Both the position numbers and the translations under genes were made by a program. This document shows positions 36,126-46,073 of a stretch of 64,000 bases of DNA, piece by piece. The notes under the pieces were generated by a model that saw only the letters and a program-made list of their open reading frames with translations, had not been told where the DNA came from and made no database searches. Each line of letters starts with the position of its first letter. Position 1 is the stretch's first letter. The DNA is from Solirubrobacteraceae bacterium (lineage in GTDB: Bacteria > Actinomycetota > Thermoleophilia > Solirubrobacterales > Solirubrobacteraceae): contig DATCDC010000027.1 in assembly GCA_036510915.1 (NCBI GenBank), positions 457 through 64,456 of the forward strand, given 5' to 3'.

Positions 36126-36632
36126 TCAGCCGCAGGGCGGCACGTCGTCCACGTCGTCGACGTCGTCGCCGGCGAGCACGCGATCCCAGACGTCGCCCAG
36201 GACGTCCAGCTCGTCCGCCGTCACGCGGTCCAGGAACCGCAGGCGGACGCCCGCCAGGTGCGTGCGCCGCGCGGCCTGCAGCTTCGTGGCGCCGTCGGGG
36301 GTGAGCCGCGCGAACGAGCCGCGCGCGTCGCTCGGGCAGGACTCGCGGGCGACGAGGCCCTCGCGCTCGAGCCGGTCGATCAGGCGCGTGAGCCCGCTGC
36401 GGCTGAGGATGACGGAGTCGGCGAGATCGCACATGCGCATGCGCTGGTCCTCGGCGTGGGCGACATGGAGCAGCACCTCGTAGGAGCTCAGCGGCAGCGA
36501 GTGCTCGCGCTCGAGCTCGGCGTCGAGCGCCTTCGTCAGCGCGGCGTGGGCGCGGAGCATGCCGCGCCAGGCGCGCAGCTCCTGCGTGTCGAACGCGACG
36601 CTGGGATCGGTGGTGGAGCTGGTGATGGCCAT
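36126..36632 (-). CDS. MarR family transcriptional regulator
   Basis: LPLSSYEVLLHVAHAEDQRMRMCDLADSVILSRSGLTRLIDRLEREGLV. ATG at 36632 within track ORF 36126..37595. Confidence 0.9.
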   Translation of the reverse strand: MAITSSTTDPSVAFDTQELRAWRGMLRAHAALTKALDAELEREHSLPLSSYEVLLHVAHAEDQRMRMCDLADSVILSRSGLTRLIDRLEREGLVARESCPSDARGSFARLTPDGATKLQAARRTHLAGVRLRFLDRVTADELDVLGDVWDRVLAGDDVDDVDDVPPCG

Positions 36633-36692
36633 GGTGAGCAGGGCTTTCGTGGGGGCTGCGCGGCCTGAAGGTACCAGGGACGGCGGAGCTGT

Positions 36693-36718
36693 TTGCATCG
36701 CTATTGTTGCACATGCAA
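36693..36718. promoter_or_regulatory. AT-rich inverted-repeat operator/promoter candidate (TTGCA..TGCAA)
   Basis: TTGCATCGCTATTGTTGCACATGCAA in the 93-bp divergent region between the MarR and dioxygenase genes. It is the only AT-rich patch there. Confidence 0.4.
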
Positions 36719-36725
36719 TCATTCG

Positions 36726-37661
36726 ATGATGCCACTCCAGGGTCTGCACCACATCACAGCCATCACGGCGGACGCGCCGGCCAACGTCGACTTCTACGCG
36801 CGACTCCTCGGGCTGCGACTCGTCAAGAAGACGGTGAACTTCGACGAGCCCTCGGTCTACCACCTCTACTTCGGCGACGAGGCGGGCGCGCCCGGCTCGA
36901 TCCTGACCTTCTTCGAGTTCCCCGGCGCGGCCCCCGGTCGCGCCGGGGACGGCGAGCTGCATGCCATCCAATGGCGCGTCGGGAGCGACGCGGCGCTGTT
37001 CTTCTGGGAGGCCCGCCTGGGCGCCGCGGGCATCGCGACCGCCCGCGACCGGGCCGCCGTCCTGTTCCGCGACCCGGAGGGCCTGGCGCACGAGCTGCAT
37101 GCGCCGCCGCACGCGGGGAGCGCCGACGCGCCGCTCGTCGCGCGCGCACCGGACATCCCCGTCGAGCACGCGCTCCAGGGCTTCGAGGGCGTGCGCGCCT
37201 ACGCCTCCGTCCCGGATCGCAGCGCGCCGCTCCTGGAGACGCTCGGCTTCCGCCGCGGAGGGACCGACGACGAGCACTGGCTGCTCGGCGGCGAGGAGCG
37301 CACGGCGCGGCTCGTCTACGACCGCCCGCCGGGGGATCGCGGGCGCCAGGGCGCCGGCAGCATCCACCACGTCGCCTGGTCGGCGGCCGACGACGCCGAG
37401 CTGCAGGCCGTCGGCGCACAGGCCGCCGCGGCCGGCGCGCGCCCGACGCCGGTGATCGACCGCCAGTACTTCCACTCGGTCTACTTCCGCGAGCCCAGCG
37501 GCGTCCTCTTCGAGCTGGCCACGCGCGACATCGGGTTCGCCGTCGACGAGCCCGCTGCGAGCCTCGGCGAGGCCCTGAAGCTGCCGCCGCAGCACGAGAG
37601 CCGGCGTGCGCAGATCGAGCCGCTGCTGACGCCGCTCGTCAACCCGCGGGCGGCGGCGTGA
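36726..37661 (+). CDS. VOC/glyoxalase-family ring-cleaving dioxygenase (MhqA/MhqO-like)
   Basis: GLHHITAITADAPANVDFYARLLGLRLVKKTVNFD and a second VOC repeat IHHVAW...YFHSVYFREPSGVLFELAT. Confidence 0.85.
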   Translation: MMPLQGLHHITAITADAPANVDFYARLLGLRLVKKTVNFDEPSVYHLYFGDEAGAPGSILTFFEFPGAAPGRAGDGELHAIQWRVGSDAALFFWEARLGAAGIATARDRAAVLFRDPEGLAHELHAPPHAGSADAPLVARAPDIPVEHALQGFEGVRAYASVPDRSAPLLETLGFRRGGTDDEHWLLGGEERTARLVYDRPPGDRGRQGAGSIHHVAWSAADDAELQAVGAQAAAAGARPTPVIDRQYFHSVYFREPSGVLFELATRDIGFAVDEPAASLGEALKLPPQHESRRAQIEPLLTPLVNPRAAA

Positions 37662-38317
37662 CCGTCGCCCTGCCCGACTCGCTCGTCCATCGCGTCCGCC
37701 CCGCGACGGGCGCGCCGCAGGGCGCGCTCGTCCTGCTGCACGGGCGCGGGGCCGACGAGGCGGACCTCGTGCCGTTCCTCGACCTGCTCGACCCGCGGCG
37801 GCGGCTGGTCGGCATCACGCCCGGCGGCCCGCTGTTCCTCCCACCCGGTGGGCGCCACTGGTACGCCGTGCCGCGCGTCGGCCACCCCGACCCCGCGACG
37901 TTCGCCGAGACCTGGGCCACGCTGACGGCGTTCGTCGACGCGATCCCCGAGGCCACGGGCGTCTCGTGGGAGCGGATCGTCCTCGGCGGCTTCTCGCAGG
38001 GCTCGGTGATGGCCTACGCGCTCGGCCTGGGCGCCGGGCGCCCGCGGCCCGCGGGAATCGTCGCGATGAGCGGCTTCGTCCCGACGGTCGCCGGCTGGGA
38101 GCCCGATCTCGCCGCGCGCGCCGGCCTGCCGGTCTGGATCGCCCACGGCCGCAACGACCCCGTCATCAGCGTCGAGTTCGGGCGCGCGGCGCGCGACCTG
38201 CTCACGGCCGCCGGCCTCGACGTGACCTACCGCGAGAGCGACGCGGCCCATCACGTCGACCCGCGCGCGATCGCGGCGCTCCCGGCCTGGGTCGACCGCG
38301 TGCTGCCGGCGGCCTGA
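37658..38317 (+). CDS. phospholipase/carboxylesterase family alpha/beta hydrolase (MhqD-like)
   Basis: GTGA overlap with the dioxygenase gene. LLHGRGADE and the nucleophile elbow GFSQGS. Confidence 0.85.
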   Translation: MTVALPDSLVHRVRPATGAPQGALVLLHGRGADEADLVPFLDLLDPRRRLVGITPGGPLFLPPGGRHWYAVPRVGHPDPATFAETWATLTAFVDAIPEATGVSWERIVLGGFSQGSVMAYALGLGAGRPRPAGIVAMSGFVPTVAGWEPDLAARAGLPVWIAHGRNDPVISVEFGRAARDLLTAAGLDVTYRESDAAHHVDPRAIAALPAWVDRVLPAA

Positions 38318-38384
38318 CCGCCAGATGGTTGATTCCACGCCGCCGTGGATCACTCATCTCGTGGGTCTTCTCGGAATGTCGGGC

Positions 38385-38500
38385 CGGAAATGCCGCGGCG
38401 GCGGCGCCGTCAGGCAAGGACGCAGGATCGGTGCAATGCCGGTGGCATTGCCCGATTCGAGGACGCCGCATGACGGTGATCGCCGTCCGGCATTCCCGGT
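38385..38500. other. rod-like imperfect hairpin of about 116 nt in a convergent intergenic region
   Basis: Nested stems: CCGGAAATGCCG/CGGCATTCCCGG, GCCGTCA/TGACGGT, ATCGG/CCGAT, GCAATGCC/GGCATTGC. A symmetric internal loop carries AGGACGC on both arms. Confidence 0.45.
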
Positions 38501-38521
38501 CAGACGTTTTGAGAAGGGCCA

Positions 38522-40039
38522 CTAGCCGGCGATCAGGGAGCGCCCGGTCATCCCCGCCGGCTGCTCGATCCCGAGCAGCTGCAGGATCGTCGGCGCGACG
38601 TCGGCGAGCGCGCCGCCCTCACGGAGCGTCAGGCCATCGTGCGTGACGATCAGCGGGACCGGGTTGAGCGAGTGCGCCGTGTTCGGGGTGCCGTCGTCGT
38701 TGAGCATGTGGTCGGCGTTGCCGTGGTCGGCGGTGATGACCAGCACGCCGCCGTCCTCCTCCACCGCGCGCACGACCTCGCCCAGGCACGCGTCGACCGT
38801 CTCGATCGCCGTCACCGCGGCCGGGATCACGCCGGTGTGCCCGACCATGTCGGCGTTGGCGAAGTTGATGATCCCGAAGCGGGGCCCGTCCTGCGCCCAG
38901 GCGGCGACGAACGCGTCGGCCGCCTCGCGCGCGCTCATCTGCGGCTTGAAGTCGTAGGTCGGCACGTCGCGCGGCGAGGCGACGAGCTCACGCCGCTCGC
39001 CCGTCTCCGGGGTCTCCTCGCCGCCGCCGAAGAAGTACGTCACGTGCGGGTACTTCTCGGTCTCCGCGACGTGCAGCTGGCGCCCGCCGGCGGCGGCGAT
39101 CACGTGCGGCAGCGTCACGCTCGGGTGCGCGGGCGGGAAGGCGACCGGGTAGGGCCAGCCCTCCTCGTACTCGGTCAGGCAGGCATAGCGCTCGATCGTC
39201 CCGGCGCCGGCGCGATCGATCTCCGTGAACGCCGGGTCGGCGAGCGCGAGCGTGATCTCGCGCATGCGATCGGGGCGGAAGTTGAACGCGATGACGCTGT
39301 CGCCGGGCCGGATCCGCGCCTCCGCGCCGACCGTCGTCGCCGTCACGAACTCATCGGTCTCCGCGCGCGCGTACGCGGCGATGCAGGCCTCGGGCCCGTT
39401 CTGCGCGTGGTGGGCGCCGGTGCCGTGGACGAGGAGGTCGTAGGCCTGCTGCAGGCGGTCCCAGCGCTTGTCGCGATCCATCGCGAAGTACCGGCCGATG
39501 ACACTGCCGATCCGGGCGCACGGCGTCTCCGCGCACCACGTGTCCACGCTCGCGAGGTACCCGGCGCCGCCGGTCGGCGAGGTGTCGCGGCCGTCGGTGA
39601 AGGCGTGGATCACGAGATCCTCCACCCCCAGGTCGGCGCCCATGCGGATCAGCGCCTGCAGGTGGTCCATGCTCGAGTGCACGCCGCCGTCGCTGACCAG
39701 GCCGATCAGGTGCACGCGCGGTGCGCCGCGCAGCGCGTCGCGCAGGACGGGGTTCTCGTCGAGCTCGCCGTCGCGCACCGCGTCGTCGATCCGCGTCAGG
39801 TCCTGGCGGATGACCGAGCCGGCGCCGAGGTTCAGGTGGCCGACCTCGGAGTTGCCCATCTGGCCGTCCGGCAGGCCGACCGCGCGCCCGCAGGCGGTCA
39901 GCTGCGTGTGCGGGTACTCGGCCCAGAGCGCGTCGAAGACGGGCGTGTGCGCGAGCCCCACCGCGTTGCCGGGCCCGGGCTCGGCGATGCCCCAGCCGTC
40001 GAGGACGATCAGGACCGCGGACGGGGCCGGGAGGCTCAC
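38522..40039 (-). CDS. gpmI: 2,3-bisphosphoglycerate-independent phosphoglycerate mutase
   Basis: LIVLDGWG, GNSEVGH, SDGGVHS and TADHGNA motifs. GTGA overlap with tpiA. Confidence 0.92.
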   Translation of the reverse strand: MSLPAPSAVLIVLDGWGIAEPGPGNAVGLAHTPVFDALWAEYPHTQLTACGRAVGLPDGQMGNSEVGHLNLGAGSVIRQDLTRIDDAVRDGELDENPVLRDALRGAPRVHLIGLVSDGGVHSSMDHLQALIRMGADLGVEDLVIHAFTDGRDTSPTGGAGYLASVDTWCAETPCARIGSVIGRYFAMDRDKRWDRLQQAYDLLVHGTGAHHAQNGPEACIAAYARAETDEFVTATTVGAEARIRPGDSVIAFNFRPDRMREITLALADPAFTEIDRAGAGTIERYACLTEYEEGWPYPVAFPPAHPSVTLPHVIAAAGGRQLHVAETEKYPHVTYFFGGGEETPETGERRELVASPRDVPTYDFKPQMSAREAADAFVAAWAQDGPRFGIINFANADMVGHTGVIPAAVTAIETVDACLGEVVRAVEEDGGVLVITADHGNADHMLNDDGTPNTAHSLNPVPLIVTHDGLTLREGGALADVAPTILQLLGIEQPAGMTGRSLIAG

Positions 40040-40794
40040 GCGCGCGCCGCCTCGACGATCGCGGCGAACGAGGCCGGCTCGAGCGCGGCACCGCCGACGA
40101 GCGCGCCGTCGATGTCCGGCAGTGCCAGCAGCTCGGCCGCGTTGTCGGGCTTGACGCTGCCGCCGTACTGGATCCGCATCGCGGCGGCGGCGTCGGCGTC
40201 GATCCCGGCGACCAGCGCCCGGACGAACGAGCACGCCTCCTGCGCCTGTTCGGGCGTGGCGACCTTGCCGGTGCCGATCGCCCAGATCGGCTCGTACGCG
40301 ATGACGACCTCGTGCAGGCGCTCGACGGGAACCTTCTCGAGGTCCTCCTGCACCTGGTGGCGCAGCTTGCGCTGCATCGCGCCCGCCTCGCGCTCGGCCT
40401 CCGTCTCGCCGACGCAGAGGATCGGGATGAGCCCGGCATCGAGTGCGGCCGGCACCTTGTCGGCGAGCGCCCTGTCCGTCTCGTTGAAGTACTGGCGGCG
40501 CTCGGAGTGGCCCAGGACGACGCCGTGGACGTCGAGGTCGGCGAGCATCGGGGCGCTGACCTCGCCGGTGAACGCGCCGCTGGCGGCCTCGTGCATGTTC
40601 TGCGCGAAGACCTGCACCCGCGAGCCGCGCGTGGAGTCGACCATCGCCTGCAGGTCGGTGAACGGCACGCAGATCGCGACGTCCACGCCCTCCGAGGAGG
40701 AGACCCGCGGGAGCAGGCCGGAGATGAACATCTCGGCCTCCCCCACCGTCTTGAACATCTTCCAGTTGCCCGCGACGAACGGTGTCCGCGTCAT
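40036..40794 (-). CDS. tpiA: triosephosphate isomerase
   Basis: FVAGNWKM, GHSERR, AYEPIWAIGTG and YGGSV motifs. Confidence 0.95.
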   Translation of the reverse strand: MTRTPFVAGNWKMFKTVGEAEMFISGLLPRVSSSEGVDVAICVPFTDLQAMVDSTRGSRVQVFAQNMHEAASGAFTGEVSAPMLADLDVHGVVLGHSERRQYFNETDRALADKVPAALDAGLIPILCVGETEAEREAGAMQRKLRHQVQEDLEKVPVERLHEVVIAYEPIWAIGTGKVATPEQAQEACSFVRALVAGIDADAAAAMRIQYGGSVKPDNAAELLALPDIDGALVGGAALEPASFAAIVEAARA

Positions 40795-41966
40795 GTGCTG
40801 AGTGCCTCCACGCCCGGCAGGGTTCGTCCTTCGACGAGCTCGAGTGTCGCGCCCCCGCCGGTGGAGAGGTGCGTGACCCGGTCCTCGAGCCCGAAGGCCT
40901 TGAGCGCCGCGGCGCTGTCACCGCCGCCGACCACGGTCGTTCCGGGGCATGCGGCGACGGCCTCGGCGACCGCGCGCGTCCCGGCCGCGAACGGCTCCAG
41001 CTCGAACGCCCCCATCGGGCCGTTCCAGAAGACGCTGCCGGCGCCGGCGATCTCCAGCGCGTAGGCCTCCGCCGTCCGCGGGCCGACGTCGAGGCCCATC
41101 CAGCCCGCCGGCACGTCGATGCCGTCGAGCGCACGGCGCTCGGCCTCGGCGGCGAAGCGGTCGCCGAGCACGAGGTCGACCGGGAGCAGCAGGCGGCTGC
41201 CGCGCTGCTGCGCGTCGGCGAGCACGCGGCGCGCCGGCTCGAGGTCGTCCTCGGAGCAGAGCGACGCGCCGACCTCGTGACCCTGGGCGCGGAAGAACGG
41301 GAAGCACATCGCCCCGCCGATCAGGACGGCGTCGGCGATGCTGAGGAACCGGTCGAGAACGCCGATCTTGTCGCCGACCTTCGCACCGCCGACGATCGCG
41401 ACGAGCGGCCGCGGCGGGTCGGACAGGATGGCGCCGATCGTGTCGACCTCGCGCTGCAGGAGCAGGCCGGCCGCGCTGGGCGAGAGGTGCCTGACGATCC
41501 CGACGTTCGAGGCGTGGGCGCGGTGCGCAACGCCGAACGCGTCGTCGACGAAGGCCTCCGCGAGCCGGCCGTAGGCCGCAGCGAGATCGGGGTCGTTCTT
41601 CGTCTCCCCCGGCTCGAAGCGCACGTTCTCCAGCATCAGCACGTCGCCGGGCTCGAGGTTGCGCGCGAACGCCTCGACCTGCTCGCCGACGACGTCGGGG
41701 GCGAGCGTGACGTCCCAGCCCGTGAGCTCCGCCAGGCGGTCGGCCGCGGGCCGCAGCGAGAACGCAGGGTCGACGCCCTTGGGCCGCCCGAGGTGGGCGG
41801 CGAGGACGAGCGAGCACCCGGCGTCGCGCAGGCGGTTGAGCGTCGGCAGCGCGGCGCGGATGCGAGCGTCGTCCGTGACGACGCGGTCCGCGTCGAGCGG
41901 GACGTTGAAGTCGACGCGCACGAAGACGCGGCGGCCCTCGACGTCGATGTCATCGAGCGTTCTCAT
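40791..41966 (-). CDS. pgk: phosphoglycerate kinase
   Basis: RVDFNVP, HLGRPKG and STGGGA motifs. ATG at 41966 within track ORF 40791..42041. Confidence 0.95.
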   Translation of the reverse strand: MRTLDDIDVEGRRVFVRVDFNVPLDADRVVTDDARIRAALPTLNRLRDAGCSLVLAAHLGRPKGVDPAFSLRPAADRLAELTGWDVTLAPDVVGEQVEAFARNLEPGDVLMLENVRFEPGETKNDPDLAAAYGRLAEAFVDDAFGVAHRAHASNVGIVRHLSPSAAGLLLQREVDTIGAILSDPPRPLVAIVGGAKVGDKIGVLDRFLSIADAVLIGGAMCFPFFRAQGHEVGASLCSEDDLEPARRVLADAQQRGSRLLLPVDLVLGDRFAAEAERRALDGIDVPAGWMGLDVGPRTAEAYALEIAGAGSVFWNGPMGAFELEPFAAGTRAVAEAVAACPGTTVVGGGDSAAALKAFGLEDRVTHLSTGGGATLELVEGRTLPGVEALST

Positions 41967-41992
41967 GCTGCAGGACTCCGCCGCGGCGGCGT

Positions 41993-43126
<1,134 letters not shown>

Positions 43127-43187
43127 TCAGGCCGGGCTGCACCGGTGAGGAGATCGTCCGCCGGACCCGCGAGCAGCCGCCACAGGG

Positions 43188-44072
43188 TCAGGAGTCGCGG
43201 TGCACGACGTCGGCGACGACGTCCGGATTCCCCTCATACCGCCGACCCAGCGCCTCCGTGATCGCCACGGACCGATGGCGCCCTCCGGTGCATCCGACGG
43301 CGATGGTCATGTGCGCCTTGCCCTCCGCGACGTACTGGGGGATGAGGAAGTCGAGCAGCGGCAGGAGCCGGTCGTAGAACGCGTCGAGGGCACCCCCGCG
43401 CGCGACGTACTCGACGATCCGCTCGTCGCGGCCGGTGAGCGCACGCAGCTCGGGGACGTAGTGCGGGTTGGGCAGGAAGCGCACGTCGAGCACCATGTCG
43501 GCGTCGCGCGCCGGGCCGTTCTTGAAGCCGAAGCTCTGGAACGTGAGCGCCATCCGGGTGACGCTGGAGCGCGGCAGCAGCTCGTCGGCGAGCTTGCGGC
43601 GCAGCTCGTGCGCCTTGAGCCCCGTCGAGTCGACGATGACGCCGGCGCGGGCGCGCAGCGGCTCCACGAGCCGGCGCTCGGTCTCGATCCCCTCGGCGAC
43701 GCTCCCGGCGGGGCTGAGCGGATGGCGCCGGCGCGTCTCCTTGTAGCGGGTCTGCAGCGCTTCGTCGCTCGCGTCGAGGAACAGCACGCGGTGGTTGATG
43801 CCCGAGGCGTCGAGCTCGTCGAGCACGGCGGACATCTGCTGGAAGTACGCGCCCCCGCGCGCGTCGGAGACGATCGCGGCGCGCTGCACCTTCGAGCCTT
43901 CGTGCAGGAAGAGATCGACGAGGCCGCGGATCATCTCCGGCGGGAGGTTGTCGACGCAGAAGTAGCCGGCGTCCTCGAAGACGTCCATCGCGGTCGACTT
44001 GCCGGCACCGGAGAGGCCGGAGATGACGACGAGATCGGCGAGGGCGATGTCGTTTGCGGAAGCCACTGCCAT
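43188..44072 (-). CDS. rapZ: RNase adapter protein RapZ (YvcJ family)
   Basis: VISGLSGAGKSTA, CVDNLP and IAVGCTGGRHRSV motifs. Confidence 0.9.
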   Translation of the reverse strand: MAVASANDIALADLVVISGLSGAGKSTAMDVFEDAGYFCVDNLPPEMIRGLVDLFLHEGSKVQRAAIVSDARGGAYFQQMSAVLDELDASGINHRVLFLDASDEALQTRYKETRRRHPLSPAGSVAEGIETERRLVEPLRARAGVIVDSTGLKAHELRRKLADELLPRSSVTRMALTFQSFGFKNGPARDADMVLDVRFLPNPHYVPELRALTGRDERIVEYVARGGALDAFYDRLLPLLDFLIPQYVAEGKAHMTIAVGCTGGRHRSVAITEALGRRYEGNPDVVADVVHRDS

Positions 44073-44129
44073 GAAGTATCGACGCTCGCGCGGCCGGTCA
44101 GGCGAACCGGGCGTGAACGAACGAGCGCC

Positions 44130-46028
44130 TCACGGTGTCGGCCGGCGCAGGAAGGTGTGGACGTCGCGGGCGATCTTCGGCGGCAGCCCGGGCACGCCCT
44201 CGAGCTCCTCGCGGCTGGCGGCCAGGACGGCGTCGGGCGAGCCGAAGTGCGCCAGCAGCGCCTTCTTGCGTGACGGGCCGACGCCGGGCAGCGCGTCGAG
44301 CGCGGACGTCGTCATCGCTCGGTCGCGGCGTGTGCGGTGGTGGCCGATCGCGAAGCGGTGCGCCTCGTCGCGGACGCGCTGCAGCAGTTGCAGCGCGGAC
44401 GTGTCGTGCTCGAGCACGATCGGCGCCGCGCTGCCCGGCAGGAACACCTCCTCGATGCGCTTGGCGAGCGAGACGACGGCGACGCCGCGCTCGCGGAAGT
44501 CCTGCAGCACGTCGAGCCCCGCGGACAGCTGGCCCTTGCCGCCGTCGATCACGACGAGGTTCGGCAGCGCCGCGAACGACTCGTTGTAGGCGGGGTCGTG
44601 CGGGGAGAGCTCGCGCTGGCTCTCCCAGTTGCGGATCCGGCGGGTGAGCACCTCGCGCATGGCCGCGAAGTCGTCCGGCACGCCGTCCTCGAGCGAGCGC
44701 AGCGTGAAGCGCCGGTAGTCGGACTTCTTGGTCGCGCCGCCCTCGAAGACGACCATCGAGGCGACGGTGTGCGTGCCCATGAGGTTCGAGATGTCGAAGC
44801 ACTCGATCCGCACGGGCAGCGTCTCGAGGCCGAGCGCGGCCTGCAGCTCGTCGAGCGCCTCGACGCGCTGGCGCCGCGAGCGCTCGGCCTTCAGGCGCTC
44901 CTGGTCGAGCGCGAGCAGCGCATTGCGCTCGGCGAGCTCGAGGATCCGCCGCTTGTCGCCGCGCTCGGCGGCGCGCACCTCGACGGCCGCGCCGCGGCGT
45001 TCTCCCAGCGCCTCGCCGAGTGTCTCGCGATCGGCGGCGCTCAGCTCCTGCTGGACGATGACCTGCGCGGGGATGCCGTGGCGCCCGGCGTAGTACTGGG
45101 CGATGAACTCGAGCGAGACCTCCGCGGGCTCGAGCTCCCCGGGGTTCTCGAGGTAGAACGACTGGCGGTCGGCGAGCACCCCGTCGCGCACCTGGAAGAC
45201 CTGGGCATTGGCGTCCACCCCGTCGACGGCGACGGCGATCGCGTCGAGCGTGCCGACCGCCTCGTTGGCGACCCGCTGACGCTCGAGCAGCGAGCGCACG
45301 GCGCGCAGGCGGTTGCGCTCGAGCGCGGCGGTCTCGTACTCCCGGGCCTCGGCCGCCGTGGTCATCCGGTCCTCGAGGTCGCGCTCGATCTCGCGGTAGC
45401 GACCCGACAGGAACGCGATGACGCCGTCGATCGCCTCCATGTACTCGGCGCGCGTGACGTACCCGACGCACGGTGCCCCGCAGCGATTGATGTGGTAGTC
45501 GAGGCACGGCGAGCCGGAGCGCCGCCCGGGCTCCGTGCCGGTGCACGAGCGGTACTGGAAGACCTTGCTGAGCACGTCGAGCGTCGCGCGCGTGCGCTTG
45601 GCGTTCGAATACGGCCCGAAGTAGAGCCGGTTGCGCCGGTGCCGCTCACGCGTGAAGTAGACCCGCGGATACTCCTCGTCCATCGAGATCGCGATGTACG
45701 GATAGCTCTTGTCGTCGCGCAGGCGGATGTTGAAGCGCGGCTGGTGGCGCTTGATCAGGTTCTGCTCGGCGAGCAGTGCCTCCGCCTCGGTCGCGAGCAG
45801 CAGGAACTCGATGTCGGCCGCCTCGCCGACCATCTCGGTCGCGCCCCGGGTCACCGGATTGCTGAAGTGGCTCGCGACGCGCTTGCGCAGCGACCGCGCC
45901 TTGCCGACGTAGATGACCTCGCCCTGCGCGTCGCGGAAGAGGTAGACGCCCGGGCCGTCGGGAAGCTGCCTGCGCTGGTCGCGCAGGCGCCGTTCGCGCT
46001 CGCTGCTGTCCCCGTTCGAGGCCACCAC
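44130..46028 (-). CDS. uvrC: excinuclease ABC subunit C
   Basis: GIY-YIG (PGVYLFRD...VIYVGKA), UVR domain, endonuclease domain and C-terminal (HhH)2. GTG 46028 chosen within track ORF 44130..47414. Confidence 0.93.
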   Translation of the reverse strand: MVASNGDSSERERRLRDQRRQLPDGPGVYLFRDAQGEVIYVGKARSLRKRVASHFSNPVTRGATEMVGEAADIEFLLLATEAEALLAEQNLIKRHQPRFNIRLRDDKSYPYIAISMDEEYPRVYFTRERHRRNRLYFGPYSNAKRTRATLDVLSKVFQYRSCTGTEPGRRSGSPCLDYHINRCGAPCVGYVTRAEYMEAIDGVIAFLSGRYREIERDLEDRMTTAAEAREYETAALERNRLRAVRSLLERQRVANEAVGTLDAIAVAVDGVDANAQVFQVRDGVLADRQSFYLENPGELEPAEVSLEFIAQYYAGRHGIPAQVIVQQELSAADRETLGEALGERRGAAVEVRAAERGDKRRILELAERNALLALDQERLKAERSRRQRVEALDELQAALGLETLPVRIECFDISNLMGTHTVASMVVFEGGATKKSDYRRFTLRSLEDGVPDDFAAMREVLTRRIRNWESQRELSPHDPAYNESFAALPNLVVIDGGKGQLSAGLDVLQDFRERGVAVVSLAKRIEEVFLPGSAAPIVLEHDTSALQLLQRVRDEAHRFAIGHHRTRRDRAMTTSALDALPGVGPSRKKALLAHFGSPDAVLAASREELEGVPGLPPKIARDVHTFLRRPTP

Positions 46029-46073
46029 GATCGAGGATACGAGCGCCGTGGACGGCGGGCGTAGGATTCGCGC

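Noticed and set aside
38385-38500. The long hairpin as SRP (4.5S) RNA.
   Set aside because: It lacks the conserved helix-8 motif (GGAA tetraloop with flanking AGCA/GGAAGCAGC). Only a vague GUCAGG/AUGACG similarity exists.
38325-38525. 66-aa ORF in the esterase/gpmI intergenic gap.
   Set aside because: It has no Shine-Dalgarno sequence, poor codon bias by eye, and overlaps the structured hairpin. It is kept only as a remote type I toxin possibility under the hairpin finding.
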